From NCBI RefSeq assembly GCF_001194135.2, contig NC_068985.1, positions 17,344,277 to 17,391,870 of the forward strand: 47,594 nt of DNA, in the 5' to 3' direction. Both the position numbers and the translations under genes were made by a program. Shown here in pieces: positions 34,226 through 46,244 of this stretch; the stretch's first letter is position 1, and each line of letters opens with the position of its first letter. The stretch is from Octopus bimaculoides. Lineage: Eukaryota. Under the pieces are notes generated by a model. The model was not told the origin of the DNA, made no database searches, and saw nothing but the letters and a program-made list of their open reading frames with translations.

Positions 34226-37066
34226 AGTATTTTATTTTATCAGCCCCAGAATGATGAGAGGAAATGTTGATGTTAGCAGGATTTGAACTCAGGAGGTGAA
34301 GAGCTGGAACAAATACCACAAAGCACTTTGTCCAATGCTTTAACTTATCCGCCAATCCTGGATTGATAGTAATAAAACAGGCTTTTTGACAATGAAGGTG
34401 CTTAGTATCCTTTATGTCATAACAGAGACCATCCAGTATTTTTATCAGGCACAGTGTAAGCTTCCTTGCTTCTTTTTACAGAAATGGTAGATGTGATTTG
34501 AAGTATATGTAGTTGCTATTTAAAATAAGTCATGCAGGTACTCAACAGTTAAGCACTATGTAGCCAGTCTCATTGATTCATGCCATTTCAAGCAACTCTC
34601 TTACTGCTATTTCAAAAAGGCCAACTAGTTCTCTTATTGGTTTCATGCAGGTCATGCATTTAAAAAGTTAGGTGGTTTTTGGAAAGCATTACATTATTAA
34701 GAAATTGGAAAGGGCACAGACCATTTGAGATGCTTCAGAAAGTTTGGACAGAATGAAGACACAGTTCATTAGTAGGTCATCAATTGTAGCCTGTTAAGTA
34801 GGCTAACTTTTATAATTATAATCCAGAATATATATATATATGTATAATGTATATATGTGCCAAGCTAGGACACCACCTTGAATAAGAAAATGTACAAAAG
34901 ATTTGTAAAAGCTGGAACAAAATGAAATAAACATGTTCTATTGGATGTGCATGAATGATGAAGCACAATGAGCATATAGAAAAGATGGATATATGAAGAT
35001 TCAGATGTAGCATGCGATGTATACATTTTATCACTCTACCTTCTCAGAGCAAAGCATGTGTAATGAGGGATGACAATTAATTCCCTCTAGCACCAGCCTT
35101 ATTTTTAGTTAGCCATCATTCTTTCCCTCACTCCTATCATTACTTCTCCTACCATTCCTTATTGACATCTAGCTTTCGTTCTCACTTCCTTTCACACCAT
35201 TGCCTATCTTTATTGCTAACCATCACTTGTTCTTCCTTTTTCTTTTATTATCACTCATTTTATTGCTGTCCATCACAACATTTCCATTACCTCTTCTATA
35301 TACTCTCTTTTCCTTTGTCTTATGCTAATTTTCTATTCAACCTCCTTATCCACAACAAACATATAGCTTCTACCAGTCTCTTTTTATTATCCCTCCTCTG
35401 TTAATCTCTCATTTTTGTCACTGTTAATATATTCTCTCCTTTCTCACCATTTCTCATTCTTTGTCATTCTTTCTTCATTTTCCTTTCAATTTACTGTTTC
35501 ATTCATCTTGCTTTAAGCAAATTGTCACAACATGGGCTCTTTAGTCTTTCCAAAATAAGACAATCTCTGGTACAGATGCTGCAATAGATACACCAAAAGC
35601 ACTTCGTAAAATGGGTGGTGAATGAGCATAGACAACATAGGGTCAAGAAGACTCTGCAGTCAAGCCAAGGACATAACAACTACTCTGGTACTACTGCCAT
35701 GATAAAATTCACCCAATACACTCTATAAAGTTGTTGGTGTTAGAGAATGCTGCAAGCCATAAATACTCTGCCAAAAATGGAATGTATGCGAGAGATGTAG
35801 CAATAGCTCCATATAAGATCACATTCAAGCTGTGATCTAACCCCTGACGGATAACCCATGGGAAAGGAGATGTAAAATGATGATGATAATGACGATGACG
35901 ACAATGGTGTTGGGTATGTCTAACAAGACAAATTAGAATGATATAATCAAAATAGAGGAGATGAAAGGTTAGGGTTAGAGTTAGAGTTTTAGTCTTAGAA
36001 AAGTCAAAGTCAGATTTAACAAATGACTTGATAAAATGGGGAAGGGGAAAGTTTGGTCCAACATCATCAATGTCATTAATTTTATACCAAATGCAAAGCT
36101 CTGTTACTTGAGCAAGCACATATGCTGAAGTACAAGAGTTAAGACAATATAAGAACTTGTACAACTCCTCTATTGTTGATTCAGGGTCACCAGATCTAAA
36201 TGTTTCTAGATGACTCTTTATCAACACTGTTTTTTTTTTAGGAGAATGTGTGTGATTCTCAATATTTCAGCTGCTACTTGGTTTAATAACTGAACCATAG
36301 AAGGTCTTAAACACTTTTGTTATCATCATCATCATCATTATCATCATTGTCATCATTGTCATTGTCAGCATCATTGCTGCCACTGCCACCCCTGTCATCA
36401 TCGCTGCCGTTGTTGTCATTGTCATTTTATCATCCACTTCCATGCTTGCATGAGTCAAACAAAATTTGTTGAGGTGGATTTTCTAAAGCTAGATGCCCTT
36501 CCTGTCACCAACACTCACTTGTTTTCAAGCACGTTAATATTTCCCCATGGCCGGTCATGTTTTCATGGGAGATTGAAAACAAAGGAAACCACTTGCATGA
36601 ATGATAGTGCCATTCACTCACAACTGTTATACAATGTCAAAGTAAAGAGACAGTAACACACATACACTTATATACAACAGGATCCTTTCAGTTTCCACCA
36701 ACCAAATCCACTCTTAAAGTTTTGGTTGGCCTGGGGTTATAATAGAATACACTTTTACACAAGGTACCATGCAGTGAGAGTGAACATGAAACCATTAGGT
36801 TGGGAAACAAGCTTTTAACTAAACTGCAATGCTTTGTGGAGAAGAAATGGTACATACTGCTTAGAGTAACCTAAAAACTTTATTAATTCATAATAGATTA
36901 GACACAGAAAAGATGCTAGCTAATGAGGGTAGAGTGAAAAATACTAGGTCCATTATTATGCTAGACATGTAGATAAAGGTTTTGATTGAAGGACAATGGA
37001 AGAGGTTAGCACTTTGACTTTCAATTTATTTCAGTCATACATATTCAACAATTCAAATATTTGTGC

Positions 37067-37117
37067 ATGAAAGTAAAGAAGAAGTTGATGAAAGTAAAGA
37101 AGAAGTTGATGAAAGTA
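37067..37117. repeat. 21-bp tandem duplication
   Basis: atgaaagtaaagaagaagttg x2.4. Confidence 0.85.
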
Positions 37118-37343
37118 GTGTTAATGAAGACAAATATCTGATAGACTGAAACTGGAATGATGTTTTGAATAACACGAGTTATGTAAGTAATACAAAAATA
37201 CAAAACTGAATAGTCGTTCAGCTCGTTATGAATAATATCTAGGAAGTGAAACGAGGGGGAAAAGATTCTTGCCTGAGAGTGTTACATATTTACTCATTAC
37301 TCACTTTTTTATATTTTCCTTGAATTTTTCACGGGTCCAGCTA

Positions 37344-37403
<60 letters not shown>

Positions 37404-37902
37404 GTGATGATAATAATGATGATGATGATTTCAAATTTTGACGCAAGGCTAGTAATTTCGGCGGAAAGTCAAACACATTGCCTCCAGTGCTCAAATGGGA
37501 CGTATTTTATTGACTCCAAAAGGATGAAAAGCCAAGTTGACCTCAATAGAATTTTAACTCAGAACATTAAGGTGGACGAAATGCTACTAAGCATTTTGCC
37601 TGGTTTGCTAATAACTCTGCCAGATATGTTACCAGGTCAATGCGCTGGTAATCCATCAATTGTAATGTGTTGCAAATTGCAGCAGCTGTATACAGCATAT
37701 GTTTGTGTGGTGCAGCCTAGATATTTTTCTTTTCATTTTATTGTATAAAATTAGATTTTCCGTCTTTAGTGCTTGTACAATGCATGCACTCTACCCCATT
37801 TTGACACACCTACCTCTCCTCCAGTAATTGTGTTTCACTCTACAAGGCATTGCAATAGCACTAACTACTTTAATCAATCCTTCCTTTCCAGAAACCCCCC
37901 TC

Positions 37903-37933
<31 letters not shown>

Positions 37934-38595
37934 CACCCATGTTTTTACCTATAGTTATCATCATTATAGATTTTCAAAGCTTATTATTAAATGTATCAGG
38001 CAATAAAAGTTATGCGTATAGCCGTATTTATTATCTCAGATTTTGGCCAGTCATGAGCCCTAGAACTCATAAGGCCAGAGTTTAACCTAGTCTCCATAAC
38101 ATATAAGTCACTGAGATTATAACATACCTCCTGGAAGGAATGCCAGTCTATCACAGGGTTAATTTCCCAGTTATTGAACTGAAGCAACATGGAATGAAGA
38201 GTTTTGTTCATAAACACAACACACAACATGGCTCTGGAATAAAAACCATGATCCCATTATCATGAATACAACACCCAGACCACTAGGGCACACACTTTCA
38301 CTCACCTGACTAAACTATTAAAAAAATATTCTCAAAACTTATCCTGAAAACTTGCTCATGGTTTACAATTATTCTATAAACACGTATGTATGAGTTATAA
38401 TGTCATTGGTAGTTTATTTCCTATTAACCAATTTCTGATTCACTGCACCTTTTATGTCAAGAATACCATATGGTACTCTTTGTTTGACACACCTATTTAT
38501 CTGTAATTCTCCGGCAACATGTATATCCTTCACTGATATAAATACACACACACACAAATACAGTTTGTATATATATCATCAACATTTATACATCT

Positions 38596-38826
38596 ATTTT
38601 GAGCGTGGCCATTGCCAGTACCGCCTGACTGGCCTTCATGCTGGTGGCACGTAAAAGCACCCATTACACTCTCGGAGTGGTTGGCCTTAGGAAGGGCATC
38701 CAGCTGTAAAAACTCTGCCAGATCAGATTGGAGCCTGGTGCAGCCATCTGGCTCACTAATCCCCAGTCAAACCGTCCAACCCATGCCAGCATGGATAGCG
38801 GGCGTTAAACGATGATGATGCTGATG
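38596..38826 (+). mobile_element. Family A repeat
   Basis: Subrepeat plus core plus (GAT)n. Further copies at ~3865-3988(-), 20135-20415(-), 27030-27295, 30059-30212(+), 39350-39650(-), 46800-47110(+) and 47215-47400(-). Confidence 0.85.
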
Positions 38827-38984
38827 CGTTTGTTATGCAAGACTCTTGATGTGAAAATGCGTGTTGAAATGAATATTGTTATACTTGGAGATGGTCATCT
38901 TTTGCTAATTAAGCACTATTTATTTGATCCTCACTTTAATTGTATAAGTATTGTAAGATAGAAATAAGATAATTTATTTTTAAA

Positions 38985-39033
38985 AGCAGAAATGCTGTTA
39001 GAACAGCAGAAATGCTGTTAGAACAGCAGAAAT
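38985..39033. repeat. 20-bp tandem duplication
   Basis: agcagaaatgctgttagaac x2.4. Confidence 0.85.
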
Positions 39034-39748
39034 ATTGGGTAGATTACACATACAAAGCAGCGTTTCTGCACTCGAAAATGCATTATCTTCTTATTTGTAT
39101 CTTACAATACACATTTCAACACAAAAAAAACCAAATGTTTGTTTATATTTATGAACACGTAGTTTTTAGTATTGTTGTTTTTTATTCTGTGACTTATTCA
39201 ATGACTCTCCATTCCATGTATCTCCTCTTGCCCTACCTATTCCATGTTATCCTTCTGTAAAATGGAATAGGCAGGGCAAGGGGAAACACATGGAACAGAG
39301 AGTTACTGAAAAGGTCACAGAAAGTGTGACAAAAGAACTTTGTTAACAAATAAACTAAGAATTGGTTGGTGCTTTTTACATGCCACCAGCACGAAAGCCA
39401 GTCAAGGCTGCGCTGGCATTTGCCATGTTCGGATGGTGCTTTTTACATGCCACCAACACGGCGATCTCAACTACAATTTCCATTTGATTTTGATTTTGAT
39501 GTACTTGACACAATTGGTCTCCTCAAGCACAGCATGTTGCCCTACGATCCAAGGTACTTTTGAGTGGGCTGGGGCTGGTTATGCAACACTGGTGTACTCA
39601 CTTTATTTGCCAGGTCTTTGTATACATATACATACATATATCAGTTGAATAAAGTTACAACTCGGTCTGATTTTCACGTTTTTTATTATTGTATTTTAAA
39701 AAATTTTTGTTACAATGTTGAAGTGCATTAAACACTAAGAAAATATTT

Positions 39749-40112
39749 AGGTGCAGGAGTGGCTGTGTGGTAAGTAGCTTGCTCACCAACCACACTGCTC
39801 CGGGTTCAGTCCCACTGAGTGGCACCTTGGGTAAGTGTCTTTTATCAAGCCTTGTGGGTAGATTTGGCAGATGGAGACTGAAAGAAGCCCATCGTATATA
39901 TATATATATATGTGTGTGTGTGTTTGTCCTCCCATCATCGCTTGACAACCGATGTTGGTGTGTTTACATCTCTGTAACTTAGCAGTTTAGCAATAGAGAC
40001 TGATAGAATAAGTACTAGGCTTACAAAGAATAAATCCTGGGGTCGATTTGCTCGACTAAAGGTGGTGCTCCAGCATGGCTACAGTCAAATGACTGAAACA
40101 AATAAAAGAATA
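39749..40112 (+). mobile_element. SINE family B
   Basis: aggtgcaggagtggctgtgtggtaagtagc...ggcaccttgggtaagtgtc...gactgaaacaaataaaaga. Confidence 0.85.
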
Positions 40113-40139
40113 AAAGAAAAGTAGTGTTCATAAAATTCA

Positions 40140-42130
40140 ATTAACACTTTCATACATTTGTAGTAATCATTAGATTTCAAAATATATTAATTGACAGTTG
40201 AGTTAAGTTCTTGCAGTAAAATAACTGACTTCTTCCTTTTTATACCTTTTAGAAGGCTCCAACAAGCTGAATTTCTGAATTTTTCAAATATGGTTTTGAC
40301 CAATCAGCATGCAGCTTAAACGACATGGTTTGCCGAGTGTACCAATATTATTGGCATAGATTCCACTTTTATTTTAACCAATTAGCTTGCGGTTTACATG
40401 CAATGGTTTTATGAGTAAGCAAACTTAGTTGGTTTCGATCATTTTTATTTCAATCGGTGGGAGTCTTCTGTAATTTCTTTATATTCCTATGTTAAAGATA
40501 TCTTTTAATCCACATCATTAGCTGGTTATTATATTATTGTTGTTATTTCCATTCAGAACAGGTTTGAGCATTTTAATAAAAGGTTTTCCTTTTATCTTTC
40601 TTCCAACCTCACTTGTGTCATGTAGTTTGTAAAAAGGGAAAATTAGAAACATTTTCTGAACACCTGTTTCTGTATGTTCGCTCAATGGAATTTGGCAAAC
40701 ATTAGTGTTTCAGATTTGCTGTCTGTGAACTCTTGAGTATTCTGATAATGCATTTCCTATCTCACCAATATATAGTTCCTCACAATTAGGGCATTTAATG
40801 CAGTAGATCAAATTTCTGCTTTTGCAGCTCATATCTACATTTGTGAAAATCTGTCCATTTTTTGTTCTAATGGATCTACCAGTATACATGTATCAATATG
40901 TTCCACATCTGTTATCATTACACTTGGATCCTGTGAACATTTTATCCTGTTTGTTCATGTTGAACTTTGCCTTTGTTAATAGTTTCTTTATGTTATATGG
41001 TTGCCTTTTGCTTAAGATAAGTGTTTGATTAGTTATAAAGTTTTTTAGTTTTTCACTTTATTTCATGATTGGCAAATTTATTTTGATGATGTTAAAAATG
41101 TTTTGGCGATGCAGATTGTGTGTTACTAGAAATAGTATTGTGTTCCATCGATGGATTTCGACTAAAAATTAGTAATAAAATTCCTTTCATTAGGGATGAG
41201 GGAGTGATAGTGTTTTAAGACTAAATAATTGAGTTACTTCATGATGCAGTGGTCAATATTTGAGGTATTTCATGGTAGAATGTTGTATCCTTCAATTAAT
41301 CATCAGCAAGATCCCAGTAATATTCCTTATCCATTATTATAATAACCCCCCCCCCCTTTATTCGCTTGTTTGATGACAGTTGTGTTGTCATTTTTAAGAT
41401 GTATAAGGGCAGACTTTTCTAGTTTTGAAATGTTTGGTCTGACATTGATGTTATTACCTTGATGGAAATCTGGAGAGGATATCAATGAACTGATCTAGAT
41501 GTGTATTTCGTCCTTTTGGTGGGTTAAATTTTGATTTATTTTTCACCAAGGATTCATCATTCTCATTATTTTTATCAATAAAAAAACTCCACTAGTCATA
41601 GTTTCTGACAAACGTTTTGGATATCTTCCACCAATTCCTGATAGTTGACTGTGGGTATAGGTGTGAATTCTAGTCCTTTCATTAATAATCGAAGTTCAGC
41701 ACTGTCTATGTTTCTTTTTGACAGATTAATAATTTTAGGGTCTATCCTATCACTTGTTCCACAGGTGTTTCTTCTTGGACTTTTTCTTTCTCCAGTGTTT
41801 GCTGTCCTGACCCTAAAAAATAGATTCTTTTTTTGTTTATTATTTCTTCTATTATTAACATTTTTCCTCTAGGTGAGCTTTGTATTTTGGTTGTGGAGTT
41901 TTGGTTAGGCATGTTTTTATGTTTTTTTCTCTTGTTCCTAGGAGTTGGTATATTATTTACATTTTCAGTTTGTGAAAAGAATTTTGGGGGTTGGGTGATT
42001 TTTGCTGAGGTCTTTCTTGAATGTGATTTCTTCCCAGCTTTTCCACCTCTAATATTTTGATCAAATGAATAATTGTTTTGTTTACTAACTTTTCACTGTC
42101 TTTTACATCAACCACTCTTCTGAGGTATAA
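40140..42130 (-). mobile_element. Degenerate, internally deleted Penelope-like retroelement (N-terminus plus GIY-YIG endonuclease)
   Basis: Minus-strand peptides LLMKGLEFTPIP (~41670), NISKLEKSALIHLKNDNTTVIKQANKGG (~41350-41430), KCNDNRC (~40915) and MSCKSRNLIYCIKCPNCEELYIGE (~40760-40830), ending ...KPVLNG (~40545). Multiple stops and frameshifts. Confidence 0.85.
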
Positions 42131-43267
42131 GTAACACACACCAATCACCTCCTCTTCAACCCACCACCCCTCAGAAGGAATAAAACAGAAACAGTAAGAG
42201 GCAGAGAGAGAGAGAGTGGGAGAGATAGAGAGAGACAGAAAGGAGTAAAGAAAGAGAGGATTGTCTTTTTTGACAGGTGAATATGTCATCTTTTCTGCTT
42301 GCTATATGACTGCTTAACATTATCTCCCATGTCAGATGGCATCAAAGTATGTCAGTTGGTATTGGTTTTCAGCAAGTGTACTTTTACATGGTCACGCAAC
42401 CTGCTGGAAATAACAGCCAAATCTACCTTGAGTCACACCCTACCATCTCAAATAAAGGGTATACAAAATGATAGGATGGTCATGATTGGAATGCCTTTCA
42501 TCACAAGTCGATTCAATCAGAACTGATCTGGGACCAAACTACTACTGCCAAGTTTACTTCAAGTCAATGCAGGAGAGCCTCTGTGCAGCTGCTCCACCTG
42601 CTAAAAATAGCAACCAAATTTCTCTCAGATTACACCCACTGACTTTTGTGGAGTCAAGGGAAGGTCATTATGCCATTGAACTCCACTCCATTATCACTTT
42701 TCAATTGCTTGAATATCTATCCAACAATCTAACCGTCAGTTGTTTTCTTTCTTTCTTTTTCCTTTTTTTTTGTTGAGTAAAGTTCTTTTGTTGTGATCTA
42801 CGACCTCTTCAATAACTTCTTTTCAAGTTCATTATGGAGGCCTTGTTTGCTTGAGTGACACCTTGTTGCTTTTATGTGTATACGTAGGTGTGTGTAGTTT
42901 AGGAGAGAAAGTAATGGTGATGATGACCAATAGGCTTGTGTGTGTGTATGTATATGTGCATGTATGTGTTGGTGTGATTATGTATGTACACCTATGTGCC
43001 CACCTGTATATGTGTTTGTATGTTAGTGGGTGGGTGTGTGTGTACACAGGCTTTGCTGACCTTCTCAGGTTGAGCTTTTGACTTTATTGTTTTGTTTTTG
43101 TCTTATTTCTGCTGAAGATTTATGGGTTTATGGAGGGAAATATAAGGTGTGTTTAGGGTGTAACAAACAATCAATTAGTTAATTAGACAGATATTTAACC
43201 AACTGACAAATAATATTCCCTATTAACATCTATCTGAAATTTTAAATTACTCCTCCTATGTTGTAAG

Positions 43268-43826
43268 TAAGGGATCTTTTTGTTTTGACGGGCAACACTT
43301 GTTTTCTTAACGAAACACTTTCAAACTTGGGATACTGGTAGAATGTGTCATATAAAACATCTTTTTCTCTTAGCCTTCTTAACAAAAATCAGTTCTTAAT
43401 AAGTTATTTCATGTTAAAGTTGTCGTGTTTCTGTAATTTCAACCAATCACTGACGTCTATTCAGTTAGTGCTCTTTTTATAAACAATAATTTTTACCGGT
43501 GTCAAGAGTGTTATTCCCTGTTTAATTATATCATTATTCCCTAGTAAGGGTTTAGGGTTTTAGGGTTAGGGTTCGGGTTTTAGAGTTAGACACCGTTGTT
43601 TACATTCCACAGCATTAATTGTTTTCACCTCAATAGACGTCACTGATTGGTTGAAATTACCGAAATACGACAACTTTTTACATGAAATAACTTCGAATAC
43701 AAAAATTTTTATCTGTTCTATAATACAAAATATACAAGTATACGAAGTTTGAAAGTGTTTCAGTACCAAAAACACTACATAAAACATTAATGAAAAATGT
43801 TGCCCGTCAAACCAAAAAGATCCTTA
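43268..43826. mobile_element. MITE-like fold-back element with long imperfect TIRs and internal TTAGGG-like repeats
   Basis: Ends taagggatctttttgttttgacgggcaaca / tgttgcccgtcaaaccaaaaagatcctta. An inner inverted block at ~43400-43465 pairs with ~43625-43695; ttagggtttagggttttagggttagggtt at ~43548-43575. Confidence 0.75.
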
Positions 43827-44157
43827 GTAAGTTTCCATATTGGGTTGATACTGTTGTTTTGCTTCAAGGTCAACCTTGATCAAGTAGCCCTATGATCAAA
43901 AAAATGACCAACCCAGATTTGGCAGAAATTTTTTGTAGGTCAAATAACTGCATAGAGTAGGGGTTGGTAACATTTTACCATTCACAAGCCAGAAGTAAAG
44001 TTTGTAGGACGATGTTGAACCACTATTATATGAAAGTTTGTGCACTCCCAACAACAGAAAAGAACACACAGTACTGCACATACACCAGCAACATAGAAAT
44101 GTACCAGGTGATGCTGTAGAAATTTGCCTCAAACTACCAAATGTTGAACAATTATAT

Positions 44158-44162
44158 GATAA

Positions 44163-44219
<57 letters not shown>

Positions 44220-44245
44220 CAAGAACAATTATTATAATAATGACG

Positions 44246-44295
<50 letters not shown>

Positions 44296-44296
44296 C
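44158..44296. repeat. (TAA)n microsatellite, continued at 44499-44577, 45001-45073 and 46200-46243
   Basis: Direct inspection. Confidence 0.95.
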
Positions 44297-44498
44297 ATAC
44301 TCTTTTACTTGTTTCAGTCATTTGACTGTGGCCACGCTGGAGCACCGCCTTTAGTTGAGCATATCGACCCCGGGACTTATTCTTTGTAAGCCTAGTACTT
44401 NNNNNNNNNNACTTGCCCAAGATGCCACGCAGTGGGACTGAACCCGGAACCATGTGGTTGGTAAGCAAGCTACTTACTACACAGCCACTCCTGCGCCT
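44297..44498 (-). mobile_element. SINE family B inserted in (TAA)n, middle lost in an assembly gap
   Basis: The tail is left of and the head right of the 10-N gap at 44401-44410. Confidence 0.8.
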
Positions 44499-44577
44499 AT
44501 AATAATAATAATAATAATAACAATAATAATAATAATAATAATAATAATGATGATGATGATGATGATGATGATAATAA

Positions 44578-44996
44578 GGAGAGGAGAAGATAGAGAATAG
44601 GAAGTCAGACATATTGTTAATTGAAAAATAAGACAAACTATGCTGGATCATAGATATAGCATGCCAAGCTGACAACAAGGTATGCGATAAGGAAGAAAGA
44701 AACATTGAGAGATATGACAGGTTAGCTTGGGAAGTTAAGTAGTTGTGGTTGAGGAAAAAGGTGGTAGTAGTACCAATAATTGTCGGAGCCCTGGGAACAG
44801 TGAGTAAAAATCTTGAGAAGTACATGGAACAAATAGGGACTGCAATAAGGGTGGAGCACTTGCAGAAAACAGCACTGCTTGGAACCGCTTGAATACTCCA
44901 GATGGTGCTCGAAAAATAAGGGGTGTTACCCTAGTTCACAGGTAGTGAACATTTGACACTGTAGTACATCTCCAGCGTTAGAAGCTGTGCAAAGAC
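44578..44996 (+). mobile_element. Second, more 5'-truncated copy of the same R4/Dong-type element
   Basis: IENRKSDILLIEK..LCWIIDIACQAD..PIIVGALG and the same 3' UTR ending gaagctgtgcaaagac, flanked by (AAT)n on both sides. Confidence 0.88.
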
Positions 44997-44998
44997 AA

Positions 44999-45056
<58 letters not shown>

Positions 45057-45073
45057 CAACAACAACAACAACA

Positions 45074-46199
45074 GTAGACGAGCTAAAACAGCTTAGACAA
45101 GGAAGTTGCTAACTAGATATGGGTCACTTTACCCCAAAAGTGACACAGACAGACTGTATGTACCAAAAAAAAAACAAGAGGGGAAAGAGGACTTATTGGA
45201 TGTGAACACAGCATTAGAGCAGAAGAAAACAACATAGCGGTATGTAAAAAATGCCACAGAACCACTATTATTAGAAGTAAGAAGGTCAGGCTTGTGTAGG
45301 ATGACAGATTGCAAAGATAAAGCACTATACAAGAAATTGAAAACGAATGAAACTGAAAATAGGTGGGTAAAGAAAAGAATGTATGGTCAATTTCATAGGG
45401 AAGTTGCAGATAAGACAGTCAGGGAATAAAGATGACTGTGGATGACTAAAAGTGATTTAAAACCAGAGGCTCTCATCTGTACTGCCTAAGAGCAAGCACT
45501 AAGAACAAACTACATAAAATACAGAATAGGCAACACAGCAGAAAGTGATAAGTGCAGAATCTGTGGACAAAATGGTGAAACCATATGGCATATTAGCAGC
45601 CAATGTACGCCACTAGCCCAGAAGGAATATAATAGAAGCCATGACAATATAGCCAGGCTTGTCCATTGGACACTTTGCAACAAGTATGGACTTGACAGAG
45701 CAAAAAATTGGTACAATCACAAACCTGAAGGCATCGTCGAAAATAGAAATGCAAAGATCCTATGGGATTTTAGGATTCAGTGCAACCATGAGATTGAGAA
45801 TAGGAAGCCAGACATAGTGTTAATTGAGAAAGAAAACAAACTATGTTGGATCATAGATATAGCATGCCCAGCTGACAACAAGGTATGCGATAAAGAAGAA
45901 AAAAAAGTTGAGAGATATGACAGGTTAGCTTGGGAAGTTAAGCAGTTGAAGCCGATGAAAAAGGTAGCAGTAGTACCAATAATTGTCGGAACCCTGGGAA
46001 CAGTGAGCAAAAATCTCAAGAAGTAAGTGGAACAAAGAGGAGCTGCAATAAGGGTGGAGCACTTGCAGAAGGTAGCACTGCTTGGAACCACTCGAATACT
46101 CCGGAAGGTACTCGAAAAATAAGAGGGGTTACTTTAGTTCACTGGTAGTGAACAGCTGACACTGTGGTACATCTCCAGCGTTAGAAGCTGTGCAAAGGC
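45074..46199 (+). mobile_element. 3' part of an R4/Dong-type RLE non-LTR retrotransposon (pseudogenised)
   Basis: Peptides PKSDTDRLYVP..GRGL, CCHC-like knuckle CRICGQNGETIWHISSQC, HDNIARLVHW, KILWDF, RKPDIVLIEK..IIDIACPAD..KVERY and PIIVGTLG. Stop at 46120-46122, short 3' UTR, then (AAT)n. Confidence 0.9.

Positions 46200-46244
<45 letters not shown>

Noticed and set aside
35709-36227. 172-aa minus-strand ORF (MLIKSHLETFRSGDPESTIEELYKF...)
   Set aside because: No recognisable domain, it runs through (CAT)n and a family A relic, and there are no supporting partner exons. A BLASTp would settle it.
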